From the IMG/VR virus record IMGVR_UViG_3300034407_001956, positions 30,370 to 94,369 of that record: 64,000 bases of DNA. One strand, given 5' to 3'. The position numbers and the translations under genes are program-made. Of this stretch, positions 1 to 10,332 are shown one piece after another (position 1 is the first letter of the stretch; every line of letters starts with the position of its first letter). The stretch comes from a virus. Below the pieces are notes generated by a model, which was not told the DNA's origin, ran no database searches, and saw nothing but the letters and a program-made list of their open reading frames with translations.

Positions 1-543
1 TCTGCTGTAATAATTGAAGATAAGATTGGTTCTAAAAGAAACTCTCTTTTTAAAGATACATCTAATCAGACACAAGATAATCCGAATGAGTTTGGAAACA
101 AAATATCAGAGGGTAAAAAGTCTTTAGTAACAAAAGAGTTTATGATTATAGCTAGGATAGAAAGTTTTATATTAGATAAGGGTATTGATGACGCTATCTA
201 TAGAGCAAGCATTTATATCAGTAATGGTGCTGATGGTATTATGATTCATAGTAAGAGTGAAAGTACCAATGAAATATTATCTTTCTGTAAACGTTATGAA
301 AAGTTTAAGAAAAAAGTTCCTTTGGTGGTTGTGCCATCTACTTATAATAGAGTGGTAGAAGAAGAATTAATTAATATTGGAGTAGATGTAGTTATTTATG
401 CTAATCATTTATTAAGAAGTTCTTATCCAGCGATGATTAATACTGCTAAATCTATTTTAGAAAATAAAAGGTCTTATGAGGCTAATAAAAGTTGTTTACC
501 AATAAAAGAAGTTTTGGAGTTAATACCAAATGATTATACTTAA
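1..543 (+). CDS. pepM: phosphoenolpyruvate mutase (5' truncated by window)
   Basis: Frame is open from base 1 (SAVIIEDKIGSKRNSLF) and carries the PepM-diagnostic EDK-X5-NS motif; also IIARIES, GADGIMIHS and VIYANHLLR; adjacent to ppd. Confidence 0.95.
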   Translation, partial: SAVIIEDKIGSKRNSLFKDTSNQTQDNPNEFGNKISEGKKSLVTKEFMIIARIESFILDKGIDDAIYRASIYISNGADGIMIHSKSESTNEILSFCKRYEKFKKKVPLVVVPSTYNRVVEEELINIGVDVVIYANHLLRSSYPAMINTAKSILENKRSYEANKSCLPIKEVLELIPNDYT

Positions 544-919
544 AGCAGTTACAGATGATGGTTATAATTTCTTCACAGGAGTACCTGATAGTGGATTAAA
601 ACCATTCATAAAAGAGATACAGAAATCAGAATTTGAACACATACCCGCAACCAATGAAGGACAAGCGATTGGAATCGCAGTTGGTGCAGAGTTGGCTGGT
701 ATGAAGAGTTGTGTTTATTTACAAAACTCAGGACTTGGCAATTGTATAAACGCTTTGACAAGTTTATGTATACCACACAATATACTTCCATTGTTAGTGA
801 TAGGACACAGACATACTTTGCCACAACATGCGATAATGGGTAGGGTGGATAAACAAATGTTAGATTTGATTGGTTATTGGAATTATATAATAGTAGAGGG
901 GGATAATAATGTCAAGTAG
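530..919 (+). CDS. ppd: phosphonopyruvate decarboxylase, alpha (N-terminal) subunit
   Basis: FFTGVPDS, NEGQAIGIAVG, YLQNSGLGN and PQH motifs of the ThDP-dependent Ppd/ComD family; follows pepM. Confidence 0.9.
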   Translation: MIILKAVTDDGYNFFTGVPDSGLKPFIKEIQKSEFEHIPATNEGQAIGIAVGAELAGMKSCVYLQNSGLGNCINALTSLCIPHNILPLLVIGHRHTLPQHAIMGRVDKQMLDLIGYWNYIIVEGDNNVK

Positions 920-1379
920 AAAAAAGGCTATAGAATTTATATTTGATAGACATCCTGATGCTATCTTTGTAACCAATACAGGTTATATATCTAGAGCAGT
1001 TTATGATATGTATCCAAAAAGTAAAAACATATTCTATATGCAAGGTAGTATGGGATTGGCTCCGTGTATCGGATTCGGTATGGCTTTGAATACAAACAAA
1101 GAGGTTGTAGTTTTGAGTGGAGATGCTGCTCTGTTAATGCACTTAGGAATAACTCACACCATAGCTGATAGAGAGTTGGGTAATCTTTTTGTATATGTTT
1201 TAGATAATGGATGCCACGAATCAGTTGGTGAGTTTTTTAGTTCTCAATTAGAAGATTCTTATTTAGGTATTGATGATATAATCCCAATTACCAAAGATGG
1301 TAAGAAGGGAAGAGTAGAATTAGATTGTGAAAAGAATACAAAACAAATAAAGGAGTTATTTAATAGTGAGAGGATTTAA
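909..1379 (+). CDS. ppd: phosphonopyruvate decarboxylase, beta (ThDP-binding) subunit
   Basis: FYMQGSMG, SGDAALLMHLG and LDNGCHESVG ThDP-binding motifs. Confidence 0.9.
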   Translation: MSSRKKAIEFIFDRHPDAIFVTNTGYISRAVYDMYPKSKNIFYMQGSMGLAPCIGFGMALNTNKEVVVLSGDAALLMHLGITHTIADRELGNLFVYVLDNGCHESVGEFFSSQLEDSYLGIDDIIPITKDGKKGRVELDCEKNTKQIKELFNSERI

Positions 1380-2151
1380 TGGTACATTATTAGTATGTTC
1401 AGAATCTACTAAAGATTTTATGGATGGATTTGATAAAGTTAGAGTTGTAAAAGGAGCTCCTGATGTTAGTATTTTAGATGAGCTTGGAACTTATGAAAAG
1501 GTTACAGCAATAGGTGGTGGTGCTGTAATAGATACAGCAAAAATACTAGCTAAGAATCCTATAATATCATATCCAACTACAGCAGCTGGTTCTACAGAAA
1601 CTTCTTGGTCTGTTTATTGGGATGGTAAAAAGAAGTGTAGTGTAAAAAGACATAAACCAAGAGATGTTATTATAAACTCAGAGTTCTTAAATTTACCATA
1701 TGGGATTGTAGCTGAGACTACGTTTGATGTTGTGAGTCATTGTTTGGATAGTATGAATTCAAAAAAGGCTACAAAAGAAAGCGTAGAATATTGTAATAGA
1801 GCTTTAAAGATATTAAGAAATAGTGGTAGAGGTAATGTCGATTTGATTAGGGCTGGTCGAGAAGCAGGAAAAGCTATAGAAATTGCTGGTACTAATTTAT
1901 TACACTCACTTTCTTATCCATTAACAGGACACTATGGTGTATCGCATGGATTAGCTTTAGGTTATTTCTTACCAAAGATTTCAGATTTTATGATGCATGA
2001 TGTGGATGGCATTATATCTCAATTCTCAAACTTCACAATTGATTTCGATATTGATTTAGAAATGGTAGTTGATGAAGCACTAAAATATGATAAGATTTAT
2101 GAGTGTAATATATTTATTGATAAATCAATTTTAATGGAGGTTTTAAAATGA
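1366..2151 (+). CDS. iron-containing alcohol dehydrogenase, likely phosphonoacetaldehyde reductase
   Basis: AIGGGAVIDTAK, PTTAAGSTET, DVVSHCLDS, HSLSYPLT and HGLA motifs; directly follows pepM-ppd. Confidence 0.85.
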   Translation: MRGFNGTLLVCSESTKDFMDGFDKVRVVKGAPDVSILDELGTYEKVTAIGGGAVIDTAKILAKNPIISYPTTAAGSTETSWSVYWDGKKKCSVKRHKPRDVIINSEFLNLPYGIVAETTFDVVSHCLDSMNSKKATKESVEYCNRALKILRNSGRGNVDLIRAGREAGKAIEIAGTNLLHSLSYPLTGHYGVSHGLALGYFLPKISDFMMHDVDGIISQFSNFTIDFDIDLEMVVDEALKYDKIYECNIFIDKSILMEVLK

Positions 2152-2867
2152 GTAGTTTGACAGAGATAGCTGCTAAGTATGATTGTGACAAATATGATTT
2201 AGGTTATTTACAACACTATGAAGATAAATTTGAACCTATAAGAAATGATGTTACTAAGATATTGGAGATAGGCTTAAATACAGGTGGCTCACATTTGATG
2301 TGGTTAGAATATTTTCCAAACGCTATGGTGTATGCTATCGACAGCAGAATACTTTATGAAGTGGTTGTTAAAAATAAACACACTGGTGGAAGAATAGAAA
2401 TGGTTGATGGATGGAATGAAAGAGATGAAGATAGGTTAGTTGTATTTGAGGGTGACCAATCCAGTGATGAGGATTTAAATAAATTCTGTAGTTTATATGG
2501 TGGAGAATTTGATATTATTATCGATGATGGTGGGCATTCAATGAGACAACAACAAATATCTCTAAGAGCTTTATATAATCAATTAAAGTCAAATGGAATT
2601 TATGTAATAGAAGATTTGCATACTGGCAGTAACCAATGGCCAAATCTATACGACAGTTCAGTTATTGAAGAAGGAGACACTATAACAATAGATTTGATGA
2701 AGGACTTTGAAAACAATGATGGTTCGATATTAGAAACTAAACATATATCAAATGAACAGATGGTTGGAATTAGACAGAAAATAACCGATTGTAAAGTTTT
2801 AGTTGGAATGGATAGATATAAAAATTATAAATGGGCAACAACATTAGCTTTTATGGATTTCAAATGA
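2148..2867 (+). CDS. SAM-dependent O-methyltransferase (sugar O-MTase-like)
   Basis: ILEIG motif I, FDIIIDDGGH, GIYVIEDLHT. Confidence 0.8.
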   Translation: MSSLTEIAAKYDCDKYDLGYLQHYEDKFEPIRNDVTKILEIGLNTGGSHLMWLEYFPNAMVYAIDSRILYEVVVKNKHTGGRIEMVDGWNERDEDRLVVFEGDQSSDEDLNKFCSLYGGEFDIIIDDGGHSMRQQQISLRALYNQLKSNGIYVIEDLHTGSNQWPNLYDSSVIEEGDTITIDLMKDFENNDGSILETKHISNEQMVGIRQKITDCKVLVGMDRYKNYKWATTLAFMDFK

Positions 2868-3598
2868 GTAAGGTTGCAGTCATAGTAGAAACCAGAGAAC
2901 ACGATGCTTTCCCATTTGTTATTAATAATGTTATGTCGATTTTGCCAGATGATTGGAGTCTGCAGGTATTTCACGGTACATCTAACTATGATTATGTTTA
3001 TGATTCTGTTGAAAATGATATGACGTTGCTTTGGAAAGAAGTTGAGTTTACAAATTTAGGAATAGATTCAATATCTGCTGATGACTCTAGCTTAGAGATT
3101 ATGCTAACGGAAGATTTTTGGAATAAGGTGGTTGGTGAAACTGTATTGTACTTTGAATGTGATTCGATGCTATGTCCTAATTCAGAACATAAAGTTGAGG
3201 ACTTTGAACACTTTGATTTCATAGGTGGTTATTGGGGAAATCAATTAGATATGTTAGACAATGATTACTCAAAGGTTATGAATGGTGGGTTGTCAATTAG
3301 AAAGAAGAGTTTTATGTTGGACATAATTAAAAACGAATTACAACCATATTTAGAGAGAGGTGGAAATCCTTGTGAGGATTACTTTGTGACAGACAGAATA
3401 AGAACTAAACCAAAGGTAAGAGATGTGTTGAACTTCTCAATAGACAATGGTTATATGTATCCATTGGATGACAAAGCACCATTTGGATTACACAAACCGT
3501 GGGGTGTTAATCCAGCAAAAGGTCACGGAAAGTATTATAATGAAATTAAAAAAGTATGTAAAGATGTAGAGAAATTGGAGATTTACAATGGCGTATAG
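2864..3598 (+). CDS. DUF5672-like glycosyltransferase-associated protein
   Basis: AVIVETREH, FDFIGGYW, MNGGLSIRKK, EDYF and FGLHKPW; start moved to ATG 2864, which overlaps the upstream stop. Confidence 0.65.
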   Translation: MSKVAVIVETREHDAFPFVINNVMSILPDDWSLQVFHGTSNYDYVYDSVENDMTLLWKEVEFTNLGIDSISADDSSLEIMLTEDFWNKVVGETVLYFECDSMLCPNSEHKVEDFEHFDFIGGYWGNQLDMLDNDYSKVMNGGLSIRKKSFMLDIIKNELQPYLERGGNPCEDYFVTDRIRTKPKVRDVLNFSIDNGYMYPLDDKAPFGLHKPWGVNPAKGHGKYYNEIKKVCKDVEKLEIYNGV

Positions 3599-4241
3599 AG
3601 CTGGAGAAACAATGAGATTAGAGGATGTTGATAAATTAGGAATCCATCCAAATGCTATCTTAGATATAGGTGCACATTCAGGTCAGTTTCATAGTTGGGC
3701 TAAAAGGGTTTGGGGTGATGCTGGCGTATTTATGATAGAAGCTAATCCATTACACGAAGGTGTTCTAAGAAACATAGCAAGTGCTAATGGTGATAATTAT
3801 TTGATTGCTGCTATGGGTGATGAGGAAAGAGATGTTACTTTTTACACTCGAAGTGATAAACCACATACTGAGGGTAATTCTTATTACAAAGAGAATAACT
3901 ATTGGGATATACCACAACTGGTACAGGAAAGTAAAGTAACCTTACAGAAGTTAGATAATCTATTTGAGGATGATGCTGTATTTGATATTATAAAAGTTGA
4001 TACGCAAGGTTCTGAAATAGATATATTGAAGGGTGGTAAAGATTTGGTTAGTAGAGCACAAGCGGTTATATTGGAAGTTTCTTTTATACCATATAATGAA
4101 GGAGCACCAACAGACCAAGAAACTATTGACTATATGAATGAGATTGGTTTTGAGGAAAGAATGAGTGTCGGTGAACATTATGATGGAGACACAATAGTTC
4201 AGAAAGATTTAATATTTACAAATAAGGAGTTAGTTAGATGA
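3588..4241 (+). CDS. FkbM-family methyltransferase
   Basis: LDIGAHSG, IEANP, IKVDTQGSEIDILKG. Confidence 0.85.
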   Translation: MAYRAGETMRLEDVDKLGIHPNAILDIGAHSGQFHSWAKRVWGDAGVFMIEANPLHEGVLRNIASANGDNYLIAAMGDEERDVTFYTRSDKPHTEGNSYYKENNYWDIPQLVQESKVTLQKLDNLFEDDAVFDIIKVDTQGSEIDILKGGKDLVSRAQAVILEVSFIPYNEGAPTDQETIDYMNEIGFEERMSVGEHYDGDTIVQKDLIFTNKELVR

Positions 4242-5425
4242 AGAGAGAGTTTTTAGACTTAGGTAGACAACCTATAGCAAATAAGTTTTTAAAGGAAGAA
4301 GAAATTAATGATGAGTTCTTCTTTGATTTAAAAGTAGTTTTTGATGAAGAGACTAAATTAGTTTCTATGAAGGACTTTGTAAAGCCAGAGTTGATGTTCA
4401 ATGAAGATTACAAATACAATACATCATTGTCTACACCAATGGTTAATCACTTCAGAGATACTGCACAAATGTTAGATGAAAGGTTTAAACCTAATAAAGT
4501 ATTGGAGATAGGTTCTAATGACGGTCCTTTCATAAGTAATTTTGAAAAAGAAAATTCTATTTGTGTAGAACCTTGTGATAATTTTGCAAAGGTTACGGCT
4601 GATATGGGATACAAAACAAGCACAGAGTTTTGGACAACAGAACTTTCTCAGAAGATTAAAGATTCCAATGGTGAGATGGATTTAATTTACTCTGCTAATT
4701 GTATATGTCATATACAGGACTTAGACGATTGTTTTAGTGCAGTAGCTAACTTACTTAGTGATAAAGGAGTGTTTGTATTTGAAGACCCATCTTTGCTTAG
4801 GATGTTAGAAAGAGGTTCATATGACCAAATATATGACGAACACGCGCATGTATTTTCAGTCACAGCACTCGATAATATTTTAAGAAAGAATGGTTTGATT
4901 ATATTTGATGTTGACAACTTATCAGTTCACGGTGGTTCTAATAGAATCTATGCTAAAAAACCAAATATTCCATCTAACAATACTATAAGTGAAAATGTTC
5001 ACAGAAATCTAAAAGAGGAAGAATCTTTTGGAGTTGGTAATTTTGAAACATATGAAATATTTGCCAAAAGAGTTAAAGACTCAAAGGATGAGTTGCTTAG
5101 GTGTTTGAAAAACCTAAGACATAATGGTAAATCGATAATCAGTATTGGTGCTACATCAAAGTCTACTACTGTATTTAATTATTGTGGTATTGATAGTTCT
5201 TTGATTGATTGTATTACCGACACAACACCTGATAAACAGAACTTACTTGCGCCAGGTAGTCACATACCTGTAGTAGATAGAGAGTCAGTAAACTTAAATG
5301 ATTACGACTATGCTTTCTTAGGCGCTTGGAACTTCAAAGATGTTATAGCAAATAAGGAAAGTGAATTTGTTGCTGGTGGTGGACAATTCATAACGCATGT
5401 ACCAAAAATAATGACATTTTCATAA
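4238..5425 (+). CDS. NDP-hexose C-methyltransferase
   Basis: FLDLGRQPIAN, LEIGSNDG, YDQIYDEH, HGGSNR, PGSHIPV, AWNF. Confidence 0.9.
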   Translation: MKREFLDLGRQPIANKFLKEEEINDEFFFDLKVVFDEETKLVSMKDFVKPELMFNEDYKYNTSLSTPMVNHFRDTAQMLDERFKPNKVLEIGSNDGPFISNFEKENSICVEPCDNFAKVTADMGYKTSTEFWTTELSQKIKDSNGEMDLIYSANCICHIQDLDDCFSAVANLLSDKGVFVFEDPSLLRMLERGSYDQIYDEHAHVFSVTALDNILRKNGLIIFDVDNLSVHGGSNRIYAKKPNIPSNNTISENVHRNLKEEESFGVGNFETYEIFAKRVKDSKDELLRCLKNLRHNGKSIISIGATSKSTTVFNYCGIDSSLIDCITDTTPDKQNLLAPGSHIPVVDRESVNLNDYDYAFLGAWNFKDVIANKESEFVAGGGQFITHVPKIMTFS

Positions 5426-5436
5426 AGGAGATTGAT

Positions 5437-5820
5437 ATGTATTACAATGAGGATGATAGAGCTCAAAGGTTATTAGATGTTTTTGAAGTTTTAGACGGAC
5501 AAATAAATGTTTCATACGTTAATAGTACAGAACACATTGTCGCTTGGCATAAACACGATATACAATCGGATTATTGGACTTGCATCAAAGGTTCTTTTAA
5601 GGTGGGAATGGCTACCGAAGAAGATGGTTGTGATTTTGTGTATCTATCAGACAAAGACCCGAGAGTCGTTGAAATGAAACCAGGAGTCTATCACGGATAT
5701 AAAGCATTAGAACCAGGTTCTATACTACTATATTACCTAACAGAGAAGTATAATCCCAACGATGAGTTCAGAGTACCAGTTGGACATTTCGGAGAGGAAT
5801 GGGGAAGGGCAAATAAATGA
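5437..5820 (+). CDS. RmlC-like dTDP-sugar 3,5-epimerase (cupin)
   Basis: AWHKH and PGVYHGYKAL cupin motifs in a sugar cluster. Confidence 0.75.
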   Translation: MYYNEDDRAQRLLDVFEVLDGQINVSYVNSTEHIVAWHKHDIQSDYWTCIKGSFKVGMATEEDGCDFVYLSDKDPRVVEMKPGVYHGYKALEPGSILLYYLTEKYNPNDEFRVPVGHFGEEWGRANK

Positions 5821-6725
5821 AAAACTACTTGGAAGAGTATATGGATTTTTATTCTGAAAAGAACAATTTAGATAGAGGTTCAGTTGGAAAGGTTTTTTAC
5901 AAATCTATGGGTGCTTTTAAAGATGGTAAAGGTTGGAATGGTGAGGGTTTGTTAGAGCTTGGAGACACTATGGCAGAGATTATGCAGTGGAAATACATTT
6001 CAAAAGAAAAAGAAAGTAGTTTCTACAATGATGACAGAATAGATTTTAGAAAAATGTATATTTATATGCAAGATTTAGATTTAATGAGAATGTTGTCTTA
6101 CGGTCCTTCACTAAATGAAGAACATTTGAAAGATATTACAAGAGATTTTGTTAATAATTTGCGTGATAAATATAATTATAGTCAAATGAATATCAGTTGG
6201 GTTGGTGGAAATCAAAATAATGAAGATTTAAAAGAAATATCAATAGTTGATTATGGTTGTGGTTTAGCTTATTGGACAATATCTATTTGTAAACAATTAA
6301 CCGAAATGGGAATCCCAAACAAATTAACATTGGTAGATATTAACAGAGAATCTTTTGTTGAATTTCTAGATTATCTCTGTAAAAAAAGAAATATTAATTA
6401 TGAGTTTATAGAAGTTACACATAGTAAATTAGTTCCCGAACTACCTAAATTTGATTACGCACATATTATGGCAGTTTTAGAACATACTTCAGAGCCTGAA
6501 GAAATTGTTGAAGAATTAGTTGAAAAGGCAAGACACAGTGCTCTTATATTTGGAACATTTTACGATGATCCTTTTGATGACTTTGAACATATATCATATG
6601 ATTTAAGTGGTTGTAGAGAAATATTGGAGAACAACAAAAAATGGGATATTACAAACATTGGTTCTCATTGGAATGATGAGACAACTGTTTATCAGATTTC
6701 AAAACCTAATGAGGCGTGGAATTAG
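5817..6725 (+). CDS. class I SAM-dependent methyltransferase
   Basis: IVDYGCG, VLEH. Confidence 0.7.
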   Translation: MKNYLEEYMDFYSEKNNLDRGSVGKVFYKSMGAFKDGKGWNGEGLLELGDTMAEIMQWKYISKEKESSFYNDDRIDFRKMYIYMQDLDLMRMLSYGPSLNEEHLKDITRDFVNNLRDKYNYSQMNISWVGGNQNNEDLKEISIVDYGCGLAYWTISICKQLTEMGIPNKLTLVDINRESFVEFLDYLCKKRNINYEFIEVTHSKLVPELPKFDYAHIMAVLEHTSEPEEIVEELVEKARHSALIFGTFYDDPFDDFEHISYDLSGCREILENNKKWDITNIGSHWNDETTVYQISKPNEAWN

Positions 6726-7139
6726 ATGACAACGATAGATGATGTTAAAAGAATCAATTTAAAGTATATTGAAGATTACGATGGAAAATTGGCACCAATT
6801 GAATTTCATAAAGATGTTCCATTTGAAGTTAAAAGAATGTTCTATGTATTTGGTGTACATAATCAGAACGACAGAGGAAAGCATAGTCACTATAAAACTA
6901 AACAATTACTAATTTCTATAGCTGGTAAGATTATTGTTAGATGTGATGATGGTTTAGGGTTTGTATCAAGTCATATATTAGATAAACCGTGGAAGGCTTT
7001 ATACATACCTGAAATGATTTGGGATGAACAAATTTATACTAGTAAGGATTCTGTGTTATTGGTATTGTCGAATACTTTATACGATCCTTCTGATTATATA
7101 GAGGACTTTAAAAAATTTGTGGAGATAAAAAATGGCTAG
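6726..7139 (+). CDS. FdtA/QdtA-family sugar 3,4-ketoisomerase
   Basis: VPFEVKRMFY, RGKHSH, LYIPEMIW, YDPSDYI. Confidence 0.85.
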   Translation: MTTIDDVKRINLKYIEDYDGKLAPIEFHKDVPFEVKRMFYVFGVHNQNDRGKHSHYKTKQLLISIAGKIIVRCDDGLGFVSSHILDKPWKALYIPEMIWDEQIYTSKDSVLLVLSNTLYDPSDYIEDFKKFVEIKNG

Positions 7140-7782
7140 AACTATAAGTTATAATCCATATCCTTGGATGACTATAGAAAACTTTCATCCATCAGAGGCT
7201 ATGGTAAGAGCAGCTGCTGAAAGCTTTGATGATGTAAAAGATTGGGTTAAATATGGTGGTGATGATGCTGGACAGATTCAGTATTGTTCTAAGTTAGGTC
7301 GTCAGAATGTACCAGCACCCGCCTTACTTTTATTAGACTATATAGCAACACATTGTAATCCCGATAATGAGATGGGATTCGATACTAAATGTTTTCCCGA
7401 TATGTCTCACTATGGTGGTGGTATGATGATTACACCTAATAAAAATGGTGAAGGTGGTTATTTAGGAGCGCATGTAGATGCTAGTCATCACGGAATACAT
7501 AACGATTGGAAAAGGGAGTTTAGTGCTATACTCTGTTTGTCAGAAGATTACGATTCTTCTTTTGATTTAAGAGTAAGTGATGGGAAAGAGCAAGGAACTA
7601 TACCATATAAATTTAATCAGTTAAATGTGTTCAAATGTTCTGATAATTCTTGGCATGGTTTACCTGAGATTACAAAGGGTATGGATAGAAAAACGTTAGG
7701 AGTTATGTTTTGGTCTAAGGATGAAGAGGGTAAACAAATAAAAGCTAAATTCAATAATGATTTGGAGTGGGATAATGAGTAA
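7132..7782 (+). CDS. 2OG-Fe(II) oxygenase
   Basis: HVD...SWHG...R facial-triad pattern. Confidence 0.75.
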   Translation: MARTISYNPYPWMTIENFHPSEAMVRAAAESFDDVKDWVKYGGDDAGQIQYCSKLGRQNVPAPALLLLDYIATHCNPDNEMGFDTKCFPDMSHYGGGMMITPNKNGEGGYLGAHVDASHHGIHNDWKREFSAILCLSEDYDSSFDLRVSDGKEQGTIPYKFNQLNVFKCSDNSWHGLPEITKGMDRKTLGVMFWSKDEEGKQIKAKFNNDLEWDNE

Positions 7783-8596
7783 AAAATATAAAGTACTTGA
7801 TTTAGAAACATATAAAGCAGGCATTGGTACTTCTACAAGACCAATGTGGAAAGATTTAGAGTTACAACCAAAAGAACTTTGGGATAAAGTATATGATGAA
7901 AATTATCTTAACTGGTGGCATACTGATTCTAAAAGTGGAGAGGGAACTGTAAAAGAAGCTGATAGAAGAATCAGAGTAATAAATAATATTTTAGAAGATT
8001 ATGAAATAGAGAACATTTTAGATATAGGTTGTGGTGATTTGTATTGGGCAAAAAAACTGAACTTAGATAAAATAAAAAGATATGCTGCAGTAGATATTTC
8101 AGAAAGATGCGTAGCAGAAAATCTTTATAAAGAAACAGATACTTTAGAAATTTACCAATGTGATATGACAAACCCAAATGAGAATTACAGATTTTACAGT
8201 CCAAGAACTCTGAAGTATCCAAAAAATGAATGGGATTTGGTTATGATGTTTGATGTATTGAACCATTGTATTCAAGAAGAGATTGATGAGATAATAAACT
8301 TTTTACTGAATGCTAATGTAAAATATGTTCTTACCAATAACTTCTCTTTAAAAAGAATGGAGTTTGAAAATAAAGAGTTTGAAAATACTCCCGAAGAGAC
8401 TGGCGTATGGTGGCCTGGACATTGGGATGGTAAAACAAAAGAGGTTAGAAATATGCCTGTCAATTTAGAAATACACCCAAAGTGGAGATGGAAAACTATA
8501 AAGTCTGATGAAGAGTTTCATCTAACGACATCAGAAAGTGGAACGCAATTGCCACAAGGAAATGAGTGTTTAGATTTATATAAAATAAATGAATAG
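7775..8596 (+). CDS. class I SAM-dependent methyltransferase
   Basis: SGEG, ILDIGCGD, DVLNH; ATG 7775 preferred as start. Confidence 0.75.
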   Translation: MSKKYKVLDLETYKAGIGTSTRPMWKDLELQPKELWDKVYDENYLNWWHTDSKSGEGTVKEADRRIRVINNILEDYEIENILDIGCGDLYWAKKLNLDKIKRYAAVDISERCVAENLYKETDTLEIYQCDMTNPNENYRFYSPRTLKYPKNEWDLVMMFDVLNHCIQEEIDEIINFLLNANVKYVLTNNFSLKRMEFENKEFENTPEETGVWWPGHWDGKTKEVRNMPVNLEIHPKWRWKTIKSDEEFHLTTSESGTQLPQGNECLDLYKINE

Positions 8597-9326
8597 AATA
8601 TTAGTTACGGGTGGGGATGGAGAATTTTGTAAAAACTTAGTCGAACAAGGAACAGATTGTCAATTTCTAACACCAACAAAAAAAGAAGCTGATGTAAAAG
8701 ACTATTGGAATTTAGATAGTTATTTTTATACACATCAAAAAGAATTTGATTATGTAATACACGCAGCTGCTATTACACGACCTATGGTTATACACGAAGA
8801 TAATCCACCACTAAGTATAAAGACAAATATAGTTGGTACTTCTAATGTGGTATTAATGTGTGAAAGGTATAATAAAAAAATAGTTTACATATCTACTGAT
8901 TACGTTTATGAGGGAACAGATGGTAATTACAAAGAGAAAGATGCTTTAAAACCATTCACTAAATATGGTTGGTCTAAGTTAGGTGGAGAATGTGCAGTGC
9001 AAATGTATGACAACCATTTAATATTAAGAATGGCTATGAATAAGAAACCATTTCCACATCCAAAAGCATTGATAGATATGAAAAAGAGTTTGATGTGGAT
9101 TGAAGATGCCGCTAAAACAACTTTAAAATTATTAGATGAAACTGGCATAGTAAATGTCGGTGGGAAGTCACAATCTGTTTATGACTTTGTGAAGGAAGAA
9201 AATCCTAAAATCAAACCAATCGTATTGGATGATATACCTGATGTTAATATGGCTACTGATTGTTCTATGGATACAACAAAGTTAAAGATGTTATTAAAAA
9301 TGAAGAGGCTTATAGATGAATCTTAA
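8589..9326 (+). CDS. RmlD-like NDP-sugar reductase
   Basis: ILVTGGDG, YISTDYVY, YGWSKLGGE. Confidence 0.85.
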   Translation: MNRILVTGGDGEFCKNLVEQGTDCQFLTPTKKEADVKDYWNLDSYFYTHQKEFDYVIHAAAITRPMVIHEDNPPLSIKTNIVGTSNVVLMCERYNKKIVYISTDYVYEGTDGNYKEKDALKPFTKYGWSKLGGECAVQMYDNHLILRMAMNKKPFPHPKALIDMKKSLMWIEDAAKTTLKLLDETGIVNVGGKSQSVYDFVKEENPKIKPIVLDDIPDVNMATDCSMDTTKLKMLLKMKRLIDES

Positions 9327-10332
9327 AGCTTATGGAGGACACAAACGTGTATGTATAATTGGACATAAAGGTTATATTGGTTCTACTCTTTACAATGTAT
9401 TAAAGAGTAGTGATGTACACACAACAATATTTGATGATTTAAATATAAACTCTTGTCGTGATGTTGAAGAAGCTTTTCTTCCCTCATTTGCAGGCGGCCG
9501 CCATAAAAAGTTTGATGTTATATTTTGGTTAGCATCAGCTGATTTATCTTCCATACCAAGCAATATGAAAGAAAAGGATATAGATGCTTTAATCAGAGAA
9601 AGAGGTGTAAATTGTGATTCTCTTTTATACTTATACAAAGCTCTTGAAGGACAAACACCAACAATTGTATTTACAAGCTCTACAAATGTTTATGGTGATA
9701 TTCCACATCAAATTGTTTCTGAAGATACAATTGAAAATCCACAAACTTTATGGCAAGCACACAAAATCTTATCTGAAAATTATATAAACACTCTGTTTCC
9801 AAATTCTATTTGTTTAAGAATACCTAACATTTATGGTATTATGCCATATCGTAATAAAGAGGTGTATGGTGCAAACTCACACGATACAAGTATGCCTAAA
9901 GAACAACTTCTTAATACAAATACATACTTTAGACCTGTAGTAAATAAAATTATTCGTTTGGGTATTGAAGATGAAAAATTAACCTTATATAAAAATAAAT
10001 TGTGTTTCAGAGATTATCTACATATTTATGATCTAATAAACGCTTTGGTATTAGCTGGTTTACAGAAATCAACTGAAAAAAGATACTACACGTTGGGTTG
10101 TGGAAGTCGTTCAACAATTGAGGATGTTTGGAACATTATCGCTGAGTATCTCGGTAGTATACCTATAGAATATAATGACAAAGCATTAAGCGATATGGAG
10201 ACTCGTAGTTTTACTTCAGATTACACTCGGTTTAAAGATTTAACGGGGTGGAATCCTAAGTATACATTACGTTTTGGCATAAAGGAGAGTATAGAACAAA
10301 TCAAAAAGGTTTTAAATGATTCAACTTTTTAA
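9316..10332 (+). CDS. NAD-dependent epimerase/dehydratase (catalytic YxxxK replaced by WxxxK)
   Basis: GHKGYIG, FTSSTNVYG, RDYLHIYD. Confidence 0.75.
   Translation: MNLKAYGGHKRVCIIGHKGYIGSTLYNVLKSSDVHTTIFDDLNINSCRDVEEAFLPSFAGGRHKKFDVIFWLASADLSSIPSNMKEKDIDALIRERGVNCDSLLYLYKALEGQTPTIVFTSSTNVYGDIPHQIVSEDTIENPQTLWQAHKILSENYINTLFPNSICLRIPNIYGIMPYRNKEVYGANSHDTSMPKEQLLNTNTYFRPVVNKIIRLGIEDEKLTLYKNKLCFRDYLHIYDLINALVLAGLQKSTEKRYYTLGCGSRSTIEDVWNIIAEYLGSIPIEYNDKALSDMETRSFTSDYTRFKDLTGWNPKYTLRFGIKESIEQIKKVLNDSTF

Noticed and set aside
7132-7782. Methylphosphonate synthase/HEPD completing a methane-precursor pathway
   Set aside because: The protein is a short 2OG-Fe(II) oxygenase, not the larger cupin/HTH MpnS/HEPD type; the visible pathway stops at 2-HEP.
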